A stretch of 50,973 nucleotides of DNA from Clostridia bacterium. Lineage in GTDB: Bacteria; Bacillota; Clostridia; UBA1212. Made by a program: the position numbers and the translations under genes. The notes below the pieces were generated by a model that was not told the DNA's origin, ran no database searches, and saw only the letters and a program-made list of their open reading frames with translations. Within the stretch, counting starts at the first letter, position 1; every line of letters starts with the position of its first letter. The stretch lies in assembly GCA_045544575.1 (NCBI GenBank), contig JAZPZG010000075.1:1-50973 (forward strand), written 5' to 3'. Below, one piece after another: positions 37,852-47,684 of the stretch.

Positions 37852-40284
37852 ATGGAAAATACTATAAAAAAAGTACCGCATGACCGGTGTACCGGTTGCG
37901 GAGCGTGTTACAACAAATGCCCTGCAGATGCGATTCGTATGAATTATGATAATGAGGGCTTTCTTTATCCTGAAGTAACGGACGCTTGTATTAATTGCGG
38001 ACTTTGCACGACTGCTTGCCCGGCCCTTAATCCTCCGTATTTTTATGAAAAGCCTATGTCATATGCCGTCTGGGCTTCGGATGAAACGCGTCTTAAAAGT
38101 TCTTCCGGAGGAATGTTCACGATTCTTGCCGAATACGTTATAAAAAACGGAGGTGCAGTGTGCGGTGCTGCCTATGCAGAGGATTTCCAAACCGTTCACC
38201 ATATTTGGGCAGAAAACTTAGAGGAACTTGCTCTGCTTCGCGGCTCTAAATACGTACAAAGTGACACAGAGCAGACTTATAAGAAGGCTAAGGAGCTTCT
38301 TAAGGATGGGCGTATGGTGCTGTACACCGGTTGTCCTTGCCAGATAGCAGGCCTTTATAAATTCTTGGGAAATGACCATGAAAATCTGATTACAGCTGAC
38401 TTGGTTTGTCATGGTGCAAATTCGGTTACGGCTTATCAATCTTTCATTAAAGAATTTTCTGAAGATCAGGAAATTGAGAAGGTTGATTTTCGTGATAAAA
38501 AGTATTACCCTTGGTCAACGCCCACAGTAGTTTATCTCAAGAACGGAACTGTTAAAAAAGCCGGTTGGAACGAAAGCACTTGGAATACCGGATTTTTGGA
38601 AGGTGTCATCAACAGGAAAAACTGCCACGATTGTCCGTATGCAAGAGAAGAACGTATCGCTGATATAACGTTGGCTGACTGCTGGCAGGTTCACCGCATA
38701 AATCCGAAATTTGATGATAGAAAAGGAACGTCCCTTGTTTTAGTAAATTCTGCTAAGGGAAGGGCTTTGTTTAAAGAACTTAAACCTGCAATGAAGCTTT
38801 GTGAGCCTGTTCCGCTTGAAGAAATGAAAAAGTATAACGGTCAGCTGCGAGGTCCGGCCAAGATGCATCCTTCGAGAAAATTTTTCTTTTCACATCTGGA
38901 TAAGCTCGGTTACCACAAGGCTTTATGGTACGGACGAGGTATGCGTTTTGATATAGGTATTGTGGGATGGTGGTTTGCATCTAATTACGGCAGTTCTCTT
39001 ACCTACTACGCACTGGGCAAGATACTTGAAAACATGGGAAAGCAGATTTTGCTTGTGCCTATTGCAAAGGTCGATAATACGCCTTGGGAGCCTGAAACAC
39101 AAATTACTATAGATTTTCTTTCTAAATATTTTCATGTGGGGAAAGATCGTTCTTTTGACAAAATGAGCGAGTTTAACCGCTTCTGTGATTCATTTATGCT
39201 TGGATCTGACCAAATGTGGACGGGTGACAATACCAATTTGGTGGGTTATACTTTCTTTCTTGATTTTGTTGACAAAGATAAGAAAAAAATTGCTTTTTCC
39301 ACGTCTTTCGGTCACAGTGATTTCTATGCACCTGAGGATGTTTGTGCCACTGCAGGAGACTACTTAAGCAGGTTTGATGCTATAAGTGTTCGTGAGAAAA
39401 GCGGCGTTGACGTATGCAGAAATCGTTTTGGTCTTGAGGCTGAGCAAATTATAGATCCTGTATTCCTTTGCGAAACAGAGGAGTATGATCATCTTGCTGA
39501 TTCCACTGATGAGGCAAAGGAAAGAAAGTATTTGCTTTGCTATATTCTTGATCCGACACCGGAAAAAGAGGCTGCGGCAAAAGCTATTGCGGAGCATGAA
39601 GGCTTGGAGATTTTGACGGTTCTTGATTTAAAGACACATGACACTGCAAAAAACGACTGGCACACGGGCACGGTATTGCCTCAGATTAGTGCTGATAAGT
39701 TTCTCCATTATATAAAGAATTGTTCGTATTTGCTTACAGATTCACACCATGGTGCTTGCTTCGGTATTATTTACGAGAGACCGTATGCTGCAATGGTTAA
39801 TGCCAATCGTGGAATAACACGCTTTGAAACTGTGGCAGATGCCTTTGGTCTTCATGATCGTCTTTACACTGACCCCATGGAGATTTGTACGTCTGACAGA
39901 CCATATGCTCCCATTGATTATGGACGTGTCGGAGAGTGCATTGCAAGAGAAAAAGAAAGGGCATTTAAGTGGTTGGAAAATGCTCTCAACTGTCCTGTTA
40001 AGGCGGCTCGTGATACACTTCGTACTATTTCTGTAGATGGTTCGCGTAAAATTATGGGAGTTGAGGGTCAAATAGCTGCACTTGAGAAAAGAGTTTCTGA
40101 AAGTGAGACCGCAAATGCGAAAGAGTTGGCTGAGCTTTGCAGCTGTGTAAAAAAGCTTTCAGCGGATATTGAACAATTGATAGCACTTCAAAAACAATCT
40201 TCTGAAACAGAGCATAAGCCTGTTGAACCGGAGCCGATTGAGAAAACTTCGCTTTGGGACAAAGTCAAAAAGAAAATGAAGTAG
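37852..40284 (+). CDS. Fusion: 2x4Fe-4S + FrhB-like + polysaccharide pyruvyltransferase + coiled-coil tail (paralog 2)
   Basis: CTGCGACYNKCP, CINCGLCTTACP, LRGSKYVQS, GCPCQIAG, LADCW; NYGSSL, LGSDQMW, AISVRE, LLTDSHHG. Confidence 0.9.
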   Translation: MENTIKKVPHDRCTGCGACYNKCPADAIRMNYDNEGFLYPEVTDACINCGLCTTACPALNPPYFYEKPMSYAVWASDETRLKSSSGGMFTILAEYVIKNGGAVCGAAYAEDFQTVHHIWAENLEELALLRGSKYVQSDTEQTYKKAKELLKDGRMVLYTGCPCQIAGLYKFLGNDHENLITADLVCHGANSVTAYQSFIKEFSEDQEIEKVDFRDKKYYPWSTPTVVYLKNGTVKKAGWNESTWNTGFLEGVINRKNCHDCPYAREERIADITLADCWQVHRINPKFDDRKGTSLVLVNSAKGRALFKELKPAMKLCEPVPLEEMKKYNGQLRGPAKMHPSRKFFFSHLDKLGYHKALWYGRGMRFDIGIVGWWFASNYGSSLTYYALGKILENMGKQILLVPIAKVDNTPWEPETQITIDFLSKYFHVGKDRSFDKMSEFNRFCDSFMLGSDQMWTGDNTNLVGYTFFLDFVDKDKKKIAFSTSFGHSDFYAPEDVCATAGDYLSRFDAISVREKSGVDVCRNRFGLEAEQIIDPVFLCETEEYDHLADSTDEAKERKYLLCYILDPTPEKEAAAKAIAEHEGLEILTVLDLKTHDTAKNDWHTGTVLPQISADKFLHYIKNCSYLLTDSHHGACFGIIYERPYAAMVNANRGITRFETVADAFGLHDRLYTDPMEICTSDRPYAPIDYGRVGECIAREKERAFKWLENALNCPVKAARDTLRTISVDGSRKIMGVEGQIAALEKRVSESETANAKELAELCSCVKKLSADIEQLIALQKQSSETEHKPVEPEPIEKTSLWDKVKKKMK

Positions 40285-40309
40285 ACAAGTAAAAATAACC
40301 GGATAACTT

Positions 40310-40349
40310 AAAAGCGTAAGGCATATTAAGATGTGCCTTACGCTTTTTT
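40310..40349. terminator. Bidirectional terminator between convergent glycan operons
   Basis: AAAAGCGTAAGGCATAT...ATGTGCCTTACGCTTTT long stem. Confidence 0.85.
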
Positions 40350-40431
40350 TAAAATCCATCAATAAAGTTTTCAGTAACTAATGAATATAAAGCTGAATAC
40401 ATTTTATATAAGAATTAAGCTTAACGCGAAC

Positions 40432-41205
40432 TTATTTTTTTTGCTCCTTCTCGGCTTCAATTCGTTTCATTTCAGCTACGTATGCATTGCATACGGTTGT
40501 TGCATCGCCTTGCATTCTTGCTTCACCCTTGTCAATCCAAATTGCATGAGTGCAAAGTCTTTTTACCTGTTCCATTGAGTGTGACACAAAGAAAAGAGTC
40601 GTTCCGTTTGCAAGAAGCTCCTTCAAGCGCTTTTCGCATTTTTTTCGGAAGTTCATATCACCTACGGAGAGAATTTCATCTACGATGAGGATATCGGGCT
40701 TTACCATAGTTGCAATTGAAAATCCCAGTCGAGCTCGCATACCGGAAGAAAAGTTTTTGAGCGGAGAATCGAGAAAATCACGAATTTCCGCAAAGTCTAC
40801 AATTTCATCAAAATGCTCCTTCATAAAGCTTTCGCTGTGTCCGAGGACGCAGCCGTTTAAGAAAATATTTTCACGTGCTGTCATTTCCTGATCAAAACCG
40901 GCACCGAGTTCTATCAATGGTGCGATATTTCCTCTCACGAGAATTGAACCCTTATATGGCTTAAGGATGCCGCTTATAGCTTTCAGCATTGTGGATTTTC
41001 CGGAACCGTTAACGCCGATAAGCCCCCAGGCCTCGCCTTGGTGTACTTGAAAGGACACGTTTTTTATTGCTAAAAACTCCTGAAACATCAGCTCTCTTTT
41101 TAGGAGCTTTATTACGTATTCTTTTAGATTGTCAACCTTTTGATTGGCAAGATTAAATCGGATGGTAACGTCGCGCACGTCTATTACCAATTTTTTCACG
41201 TCCAT
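40432..41205 (-). CDS. wzt: Polysaccharide ABC exporter ATP-binding subunit (no C-terminal carbohydrate-binding module)
   Basis: GVNGSGKST, LIELGAGFD, FSSGMRARL, ILIVDE, VSH; 257 aa. Confidence 0.93.
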   Translation of the reverse strand: MDVKKLVIDVRDVTIRFNLANQKVDNLKEYVIKLLKRELMFQEFLAIKNVSFQVHQGEAWGLIGVNGSGKSTMLKAISGILKPYKGSILVRGNIAPLIELGAGFDQEMTARENIFLNGCVLGHSESFMKEHFDEIVDFAEIRDFLDSPLKNFSSGMRARLGFSIATMVKPDILIVDEILSVGDMNFRKKCEKRLKELLANGTTLFFVSHSMEQVKRLCTHAIWIDKGEARMQGDATTVCNAYVAEMKRIEAEKEQKK

Positions 41206-41235
41206 ATTATTCCTCCTATGCAGGCTTATTACAAA

Positions 41236-42063
41236 TTAAACGTACAGTATGAACTTATCTTCATTCTTTCTGAAAAGCAAAGAGCCTATCAACAAAGAAA
41301 GCAGTGCAACGACCCAGCCTGCGATTACGTACTTTGCCTCGGGTGCTTGTCCGATATATATAATATCTCTGAACTGCGAAATATAGAAATACATGGGGTT
41401 AAAGTGTGTTATAAACCATGCAACCTTCTTGGGAAGTATCTCTATCGTATAGAAAAGAGGTGTCATATAGAGCCACGCTGTTGTAATTGCATTATAGATG
41501 TATTGTATATCTCTGAAGAAAACGTTTGCTTGTGCGAGGAACAGTCCGAGTCCTACACAGAACAGATAGAGCGGTATCAATACAAACGGAAACAGGAGCG
41601 CATACCACGTAATTTGGGCTTGCGTTGCAATGATTACTATTATGAGAGCTCCCAATGAGAAGGCGAGGTCAACCAGTCCTCCTGTAATCTTTGATATAGT
41701 GAATATGTGCTTTGGCACGTGTGTCTTCTTTAAAAGAGAACCGCTTGCCGAAACAGAAGATATAGCTTGATGTGTAGAGTGGTTCATGAAATTAAAGAGC
41801 AATTGTCCGCAAAAGAGGTAGAGCGGATAGTTCGTTATGTTACGGCTGAACATTTTAGAAAAGACGATTGACATAACTATCATTATCAGCAACGGATTTA
41901 AAACGCTCCACACGTAGCCCAGAAAGCTGCGGCGGTATTTTAATTTTATGGTTTTTGAAACAAGTAGTTTTAGTAAATCTCTATATTCCCAAAGCTCAGT
42001 AATCATAAGCTTTTTTTTCTTTGTATTTATGAGCTTATCTTGCTTTTTTTCAGAATATTCCAT
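41236..42063 (-). CDS. wzm: Polysaccharide ABC exporter permease
   Basis: KLKYRRSFLGYVWSVLNPLL, FRDIQYI, YMTPLFY, NPM. Confidence 0.93.
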   Translation of the reverse strand: MEYSEKKQDKLINTKKKKLMITELWEYRDLLKLLVSKTIKLKYRRSFLGYVWSVLNPLLIMIVMSIVFSKMFSRNITNYPLYLFCGQLLFNFMNHSTHQAISSVSASGSLLKKTHVPKHIFTISKITGGLVDLAFSLGALIIVIIATQAQITWYALLFPFVLIPLYLFCVGLGLFLAQANVFFRDIQYIYNAITTAWLYMTPLFYTIEILPKKVAWFITHFNPMYFYISQFRDIIYIGQAPEAKYVIAGWVVALLSLLIGSLLFRKNEDKFILYV

Positions 42064-42071
42064 AATATCTC

Positions 42072-43097
42072 CTAATTAAATTCGTGATTTCCTTTTATTT
42101 TTCGATAGAGCTTGGTAGAAATGATTTTATCCAACACAGCTTTTTTTATGCCTAAGCGATTCATCAGCCTCAGCATACCGTATTGTTTCTTTACGAGCTC
42201 TGCAACCATCGGTATTCCGCCTGATACTTGCGTCATTATCATTTCTGCCTGCAGTCTGCCCGCATTTCTGTCTTTTTCTGCGAGAAGAAGCGTGGTAAGG
42301 TAACTTATCAATAAAATCTTTGTTTTCAGGCATACGTGCTTTTGAGCTTCTTTGTCCGTTACGGTTTTGTATTCCGCAATAAAACGTTCCAAAACTGCTT
42401 CTGTATGTTCTTTCCTTTTCAGTTTGCTTTGTTCCGAAACACTTTGACTAAGGTCGCCGATTCTGTATACGTAAATAAAAATATTCAACGGCAAAACAGA
42501 TTTTGCAAAGCAACAAGGGAACGTAGAATACTCGTGGTCCTCGTAAAACACCCTCTCTGTGAGCCTGTAATTATGCATTTTATAGAATTCGGTTTTGTAA
42601 GTGATTCCGTGAAGCGTCAGTCCTCTGTCAAAATCTCCGAAACTTTCGTTTATTTGTTCAATAGAGTACTTGGCTCCGAATCTTTGCGGGTAGGTCATCC
42701 ATTTCTTTATTTCGCCTGTGGCAATGTTTTTCGTATAGTGGTGTGTGAGAACAACGTCAGCATCAATTTTTTCCAGAGTCTCAATAAAAAGCGGCAAATT
42801 TTCCGTAACAATCGTATCGTCTGCATCGATTACTTTAAAATACTTTCCGCTTGCTTCAAGACAACCTGTATTAAGAGATCCACCGTGACCTCTGTTTTCC
42901 TGCGAAATTACTTTCACAGTTTGTGGATATCTTTTCGCAAAATCAAGTGCTATATCCTCTGTTTTATCGGTTGAACCATCGTTTACGATAATTATTTCCA
43001 CCGAAAGGAGTGTTTTTTCATTCAGCAATGATGATATGCAATTTTTTAAATACTGCTCACTGTTGTAAGCGGGTATTATAAAGGACAGTACCTTCAT
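42072..43097 (-). CDS. GT2 family glycosyltransferase
   Basis: LSFIIPAYNS, VNDGSTD, NRGHG, VIDADD, FYED. Confidence 0.9.
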   Translation of the reverse strand: MKVLSFIIPAYNSEQYLKNCISSLLNEKTLLSVEIIIVNDGSTDKTEDIALDFAKRYPQTVKVISQENRGHGGSLNTGCLEASGKYFKVIDADDTIVTENLPLFIETLEKIDADVVLTHHYTKNIATGEIKKWMTYPQRFGAKYSIEQINESFGDFDRGLTLHGITYKTEFYKMHNYRLTERVFYEDHEYSTFPCCFAKSVLPLNIFIYVYRIGDLSQSVSEQSKLKRKEHTEAVLERFIAEYKTVTDKEAQKHVCLKTKILLISYLTTLLLAEKDRNAGRLQAEMIMTQVSGGIPMVAELVKKQYGMLRLMNRLGIKKAVLDKIISTKLYRKIKGNHEFN

Positions 43098-43099
43098 TA

Positions 43100-43900
43100 T
43101 TATTTCCTTTCGGCTTTTACCTGTTTTGAAATTTTGTTTTCTTTTATACCTTTAAGCGTGGCACAAAATGCCTTTAACATAGAAATATCGTTTTTGTAAA
43201 GGCTGTGTTTTCTTATTACGTAATAAAAGGCATATATTACTGCTAACGGTAACCCTAAAATGTATCGGGTCGTTGCCCCTCTGTTTATAAAAAATTCTTC
43301 GTTAAAGCCTTTAAACCACGTTGAGCTTTGCTGACCTACCGAAGCAATTTCTTCGGGACAGTAATAAATTTTAAGTCCGTTCCGCTCGCAGTCAAGAAGA
43401 AATTTCAATTCTTCTTCTGCACCGTTGCCGCTTCCCGCGCCTAAGTGTATATCAAAGCGAGTTAATGAATCTGTAATACTGTCTCTGCGAAATGATATCT
43501 GCCATGAGCTGACTTTCATCGTTTTCGGAAACTTAATAGGGGTTACCTCATTTCCGAGTGTAGCGGGGCGGTTTACCATCTTAAATATTATTACGTCCGC
43601 ATCGGGTAAGCTTTTATATGCCTTAAGTATTTTTTCTTCATAGTCAGGAACGAAAACCTCGTCATCATCGCACAGCATACATATATCGGCGCGTGAAGTA
43701 GATATTGCTTTATTGCGGCTTTTTGATAGTCCTCTGTCACGAGTACTGAGAAGCCTGAACGTTCCGTTTTGTGAAGGGTATTCGCAGTAGCTGTCAACGT
43801 CGCATTGGTTAATTATCAGAACATCGCCTGTAAGTCCGGAACGCTCCGCAATTGAGGCATCCTCTTGGAACATACAGGACATGAGAATTTCAAGTTTCAT
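43100..43900 (-). CDS. GT2/GT-A fold glycosyltransferase
   Basis: GLSKSRN, LCDDD, FDIHLGAGS..AEE. Confidence 0.85.
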   Translation of the reverse strand: MKLEILMSCMFQEDASIAERSGLTGDVLIINQCDVDSYCEYPSQNGTFRLLSTRDRGLSKSRNKAISTSRADICMLCDDDEVFVPDYEEKILKAYKSLPDADVIIFKMVNRPATLGNEVTPIKFPKTMKVSSWQISFRRDSITDSLTRFDIHLGAGSGNGAEEELKFLLDCERNGLKIYYCPEEIASVGQQSSTWFKGFNEEFFINRGATTRYILGLPLAVIYAFYYVIRKHSLYKNDISMLKAFCATLKGIKENKISKQVKAERK

Positions 43901-44658
43901 TTTTGCCTGCCTTTAAACAAGTATTTTTTTACGCCGTTAAGGGCGTAGCTTGCAAAGCACAGCAAGGACTTTATCATGCCGAAGCCCATGTAACGATATG
44001 CCTTAAAGGTCATTGCAGCGGATTTAAGCTTTCCGCCGGACTTTCCTGTATTGCTCAATCTGTATTTTAGCAGAGGAAGGTTTATACCGCAAGCACTTTT
44101 ATATTTTTGCAAGACCTCAAGCCACATTATATAGTCCTCATGGCTGTCTTCATGATGCATGGGAAATTCCAAAGCAACCTCTCTCTTGATAAGCACGGAA
44201 GAGCAGCTGATCTGATTGTGCTTTAAAAGTTCTTTGTAGGTTATACATTCCTTCACCGGAATAAAATGCTTTAAGCTTTCGCCCTTTGGTGAAACAAGCT
44301 CTCTTGCCGTACAGCAAAGCACACAGCCGCTTTTTGTTATTGCTTCAAGCTGAAGTTTAAGCTTATCTTCTGACCAGAAATCGTCACCGTCTAAAAAGGC
44401 AATGTATTGGCCGCTTGCAAGCTTTACGGCTTTGTTGCGTGTTTCGGCAGCGCCGAGATTTGTCTCGTTTTTATAAAAAATAAAGCCGTCTATTCCGCAA
44501 TACTGCTGTATGATTTCGGGCGTGGAATCCGAGGAGCAGTCATCAATTACTATTATTTCCTTTTCCACGTCCTGTGACAGGGCGGACTCAATAGACCGGG
44601 ATATATATTCGGCGCAATTATATGCAGGAATTACTACGGAAATAAGGGGCTTACTCAT
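43897..44658 (-). CDS. GT2 family glycosyltransferase
   Basis: ISVVIPAYN, IDDCSSD, FLDGDDFW, HEDY. Confidence 0.9.
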   Translation of the reverse strand: MSKPLISVVIPAYNCAEYISRSIESALSQDVEKEIIVIDDCSSDSTPEIIQQYCGIDGFIFYKNETNLGAAETRNKAVKLASGQYIAFLDGDDFWSEDKLKLQLEAITKSGCVLCCTARELVSPKGESLKHFIPVKECITYKELLKHNQISCSSVLIKREVALEFPMHHEDSHEDYIMWLEVLQKYKSACGINLPLLKYRLSNTGKSGGKLKSAAMTFKAYRYMGFGMIKSLLCFASYALNGVKKYLFKGRQK

Positions 44659-46093
44659 GGCTGTCACCAGTTATTGCATCAACGGAATCGCGCTCTGAAT
44701 CGCTTAAGTTTTCCAAGTCCTGCAAATTTTCTTTTGTTGCAGCAGTAAGCTGCCAATCCTCAACACCCTCCGTGTTTTCCTTGGATAGAAGAACCTTCAA
44801 TGTAAGTATTATAAGCTTTAAATCCAAAAGAAAAGAGTAGTTTTTAATATACTCAAGGTCGAGCTTCAGCTTATCGCAGGGCGTTGTGTTGTATTTTCCG
44901 AACACCTGAGCAAAACCGGTAAGTCCGGCTTTTACTTTAAGTCGAAATTCAAATTCGGGAACTATTTTGGTGTATTGCTTTGCAATTTTCGGACATTCCG
45001 GTCGAGGTCCTACAAGTGACATCTCGCCCTTTAATACGTTCAAAAGCTGGGGAAGCTCGTCAAGGTGTAATTTACGTAATATTTTTCCCACGGGAGTAAC
45101 TCTGCTGTCGCATTTTCTCGTCATGCAATATTCAGTTTCTTCGTTGTCTTTCTGAACACTCATGCTTCTGAATTTGTAAAGCTTAAAGACCTTGCCGCCT
45201 TTGGTAAGGCGATCCTGCGTAAAAAGTACGGGCCCTTTGTCATATAGCTTAATAATGCAAGCTATAACAAGCATTAAGGGTGAAAAAAGCACGATGAACA
45301 GCAATGAAAAAATGATATCAAACGCTCTTTTGAAAAACTGTTGCTCCGGTCTTAATTCCGCAGGTCTGAAAAGGAGTAATGCGGTGTCAAAAAGATTTAT
45401 TTCCTGTGAGCTTTTTATCATAATATCCGAAATTTTAGGTACGGAATAGCAACGGATATCATTTGCAAAGCAGAATTTAAGCAATTCATTTCTGAGGTCT
45501 GCGGGGATATCTGCAAGCATAATATTCTGATGCTCTGATATTTTTTTCTTAATATATTCGATATCATTGTCTATTGATACTGTTTCTTCGACATTGTATT
45601 TGTCGGCTCTGCCGTCAAGCTTTTTTATAAGACCGTCGGGACTGTACTTTCCGTATATCACCAGAAGCTTTCTCGGAGGATAGAGCTTTACGTAAATCCA
45701 ACGGGTAAGAAGAACATAGCCTGTTACAACCACGATATCTACCAACGTCATTAGCGCAATAGGGGCAATGTTTGACATAAATTGCCAACGGCCTATCAAA
45801 CTCAACTGCAGATACGTTATAATATTAACCGTAAGGACTGAAAGAATCTGCGAATACAGCATTTCAAAAATACGGAGCTGTCCGATTTTGAAGCCACCGT
45901 AGATTTTATATGCAAAAAACATCATGAGAGCATATTGTGCAATGATGATATAGTTACCGCGGACGAAATAGTTCGCTCCGATTTCGGAGTACGAGGAAAA
46001 CCAGGTATATATAAATATGCCTGTTTGAAGAAGCATGATGATGGCAGATGCTGCGAATATGAGCAATCTTTTGTACCTTTCACGTTGTCTCAT
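44651..46093 (-). CDS. Priming undecaprenyl-phosphate glycosyl-1-phosphate transferase (sugar transferase)
   Basis: N-terminal TMs; KRAFDI, YKFRSM, LDELPQLLNVLKGEMSLVGPRP, GLTGFAQV. Confidence 0.93.
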   Translation of the reverse strand: MRQRERYKRLLIFAASAIIMLLQTGIFIYTWFSSYSEIGANYFVRGNYIIIAQYALMMFFAYKIYGGFKIGQLRIFEMLYSQILSVLTVNIITYLQLSLIGRWQFMSNIAPIALMTLVDIVVVTGYVLLTRWIYVKLYPPRKLLVIYGKYSPDGLIKKLDGRADKYNVEETVSIDNDIEYIKKKISEHQNIMLADIPADLRNELLKFCFANDIRCYSVPKISDIMIKSSQEINLFDTALLLFRPAELRPEQQFFKRAFDIIFSLLFIVLFSPLMLVIACIIKLYDKGPVLFTQDRLTKGGKVFKLYKFRSMSVQKDNEETEYCMTRKCDSRVTPVGKILRKLHLDELPQLLNVLKGEMSLVGPRPECPKIAKQYTKIVPEFEFRLKVKAGLTGFAQVFGKYNTTPCDKLKLDLEYIKNYSFLLDLKLIILTLKVLLSKENTEGVEDWQLTAATKENLQDLENLSDSERDSVDAITGDSHE

Positions 46094-46140
46094 TGTCTTT
46101 CCTTTTTTTCAGTACTAACAAGTAATTCTTGTCGGATATC

Positions 46141-46169
46141 ATTATACTACAATATTTACCTTTTTTCAA
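46141..46169 (-). promoter_or_regulatory. Promoter TTGAAA-N17-TATAAT for the minus-strand glycan operon
   Basis: Reverse strand hexamers at 46169-46164 and 46146-46141. Confidence 0.65.
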
Positions 46170-46246
46170 CATACAGAAATTTTTAAAAAAATTTTTACTT
46201 TCTTTAAGGTTTGTGGTTTAATATATGTTTGTAGGGAGGTGGAGTT

Positions 46247-46969
46247 ATGGCATATCAAACTGTTTTTAGACGCTATGAAATGAAATACATGCTTACTAAA
46301 GAACAAAAGAAACGTGTTCTTGAAGCTATTGCGCCTTACATGTTGCTTGATAAGTACGGGCGTACTACAATCCGCAATATATATTTTGACACTGAGAACT
46401 ACCGACTTATTCGTCGTTCGATAGAAAAGCCCGAATATAAGGAAAAATTGCGAATAAGAAGCTATGACAAAGCTACTCCCGACAGTGACGTGTTTGTGGA
46501 ACTGAAAAAGAAATACAAGCATGTGGTTTACAAGAGGCGGCTTCCTATGACCGAAAAAGAAGCCATGGATTGGGTTTGCGGAATAAGGCATTGTGATGCA
46601 TCTTCGCAGATATCCAAGGAAATTGATTACTTTATCGGATATTATCAGGGGCTGAGACCTTCCGTGTTTTTGTCATACGAGCGAGAGGCCTATTACACGA
46701 TAGAGAAAAGTGACTTCAGAGTTACTTTTGACGACACGATTCTATGCAGAGAGTGTGATTTGTCTTTGGAGTCGGATGTATACGGAACTCCGATTTTGCC
46801 GGAGGATAAGGTCTTAATGGAAATAAAGTGTTCAGGGGGTGTCCCTCTTTGGATGGTAAAGATTCTTTCACAAGAGCATCTGTATAAGACGTCTTTTTCA
46901 AAATACGGGACTGCGTACACAAATATAATTTATCCTAAACTACAACAGGGGGTTGCAATTCATGCTTGA
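46247..46969 (+). CDS. VTC-domain (polyphosphate polymerase-like, CYTH fold) protein
   Basis: RYEMKY, IRNIYFDT, KEKLRIRSY, FVELKKK, RVTFD, LMEIK, FSKY. Confidence 0.9.
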   Translation: MAYQTVFRRYEMKYMLTKEQKKRVLEAIAPYMLLDKYGRTTIRNIYFDTENYRLIRRSIEKPEYKEKLRIRSYDKATPDSDVFVELKKKYKHVVYKRRLPMTEKEAMDWVCGIRHCDASSQISKEIDYFIGYYQGLRPSVFLSYEREAYYTIEKSDFRVTFDDTILCRECDLSLESDVYGTPILPEDKVLMEIKCSGGVPLWMVKILSQEHLYKTSFSKYGTAYTNIIYPKLQQGVAIHA

Positions 46970-47657
46970 TTCATTATTTAAAGGTCTTTTTGATTCGGAG
47001 TACATAAGCGTAATCAGTATTACCGATTTTTTACTGTGCATAGGTGTTTCGTTGCTTATAGGTATTATTTTGGCTTTGGGGTATATGTATAAAACCCGTT
47101 ATACAAAGAGCTTTGTCGTAACTCTTGCGTTGTTGCCTGCGGTTGTTTGCGTTGTTATCATGATGGTAAACGGCAACGTCGGAGCAGGTGTTGCGGTGGC
47201 AGGTGCGTTTAGTCTTGTAAGATTTCGTTCAGTGCCCGGAACTGCCAAGGAAATCGGTACGCTGTTTCTTGCAATGGGAGCAGGACTGATTGCAGGTATG
47301 GGGTATTTAGCCTTTGCCGTGCTTTTTACAGTGATCCTTTGTGCCGTTTTTGTACTGTACAACAGTCTCGGCTTTGGTACAAAAAAGAATTCGTCTCTGT
47401 ATAAAACGTTTAAAATAGTAATTCCCGAGGATTTGGATTATACCAATGTGTTTGAAGAGGTTTTTTCTGAGTATACTCATTCATGTGAGCTTGTAAACGT
47501 AAAAACCACGAATATGGGAAGTATGTTCAGGCTTACGTACGACGTGGTTTTGAAGGATGCCTCAAAGGAGAAGGAGCTCATTGATAAGCTGCGCTGCAGA
47601 AACGGAAATCTTGAAATCAATGTTTCCAAGCAAGTGACTACTTCTTTTGAACTTTAA
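46962..47657 (+). CDS. DUF4956 membrane protein
   Basis: MMVNGNVGAGVAVAGAFSLVRFRSVPG, TTNMGSMFRL, LRCRNGNLEI. Confidence 0.88.
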   Translation: MLDSLFKGLFDSEYISVISITDFLLCIGVSLLIGIILALGYMYKTRYTKSFVVTLALLPAVVCVVIMMVNGNVGAGVAVAGAFSLVRFRSVPGTAKEIGTLFLAMGAGLIAGMGYLAFAVLFTVILCAVFVLYNSLGFGTKKNSSLYKTFKIVIPEDLDYTNVFEEVFSEYTHSCELVNVKTTNMGSMFRLTYDVVLKDASKEKELIDKLRCRNGNLEINVSKQVTTSFEL

Positions 47658-47684
47658 CGTTTTAATTCTTAGGGAGGATATTTT

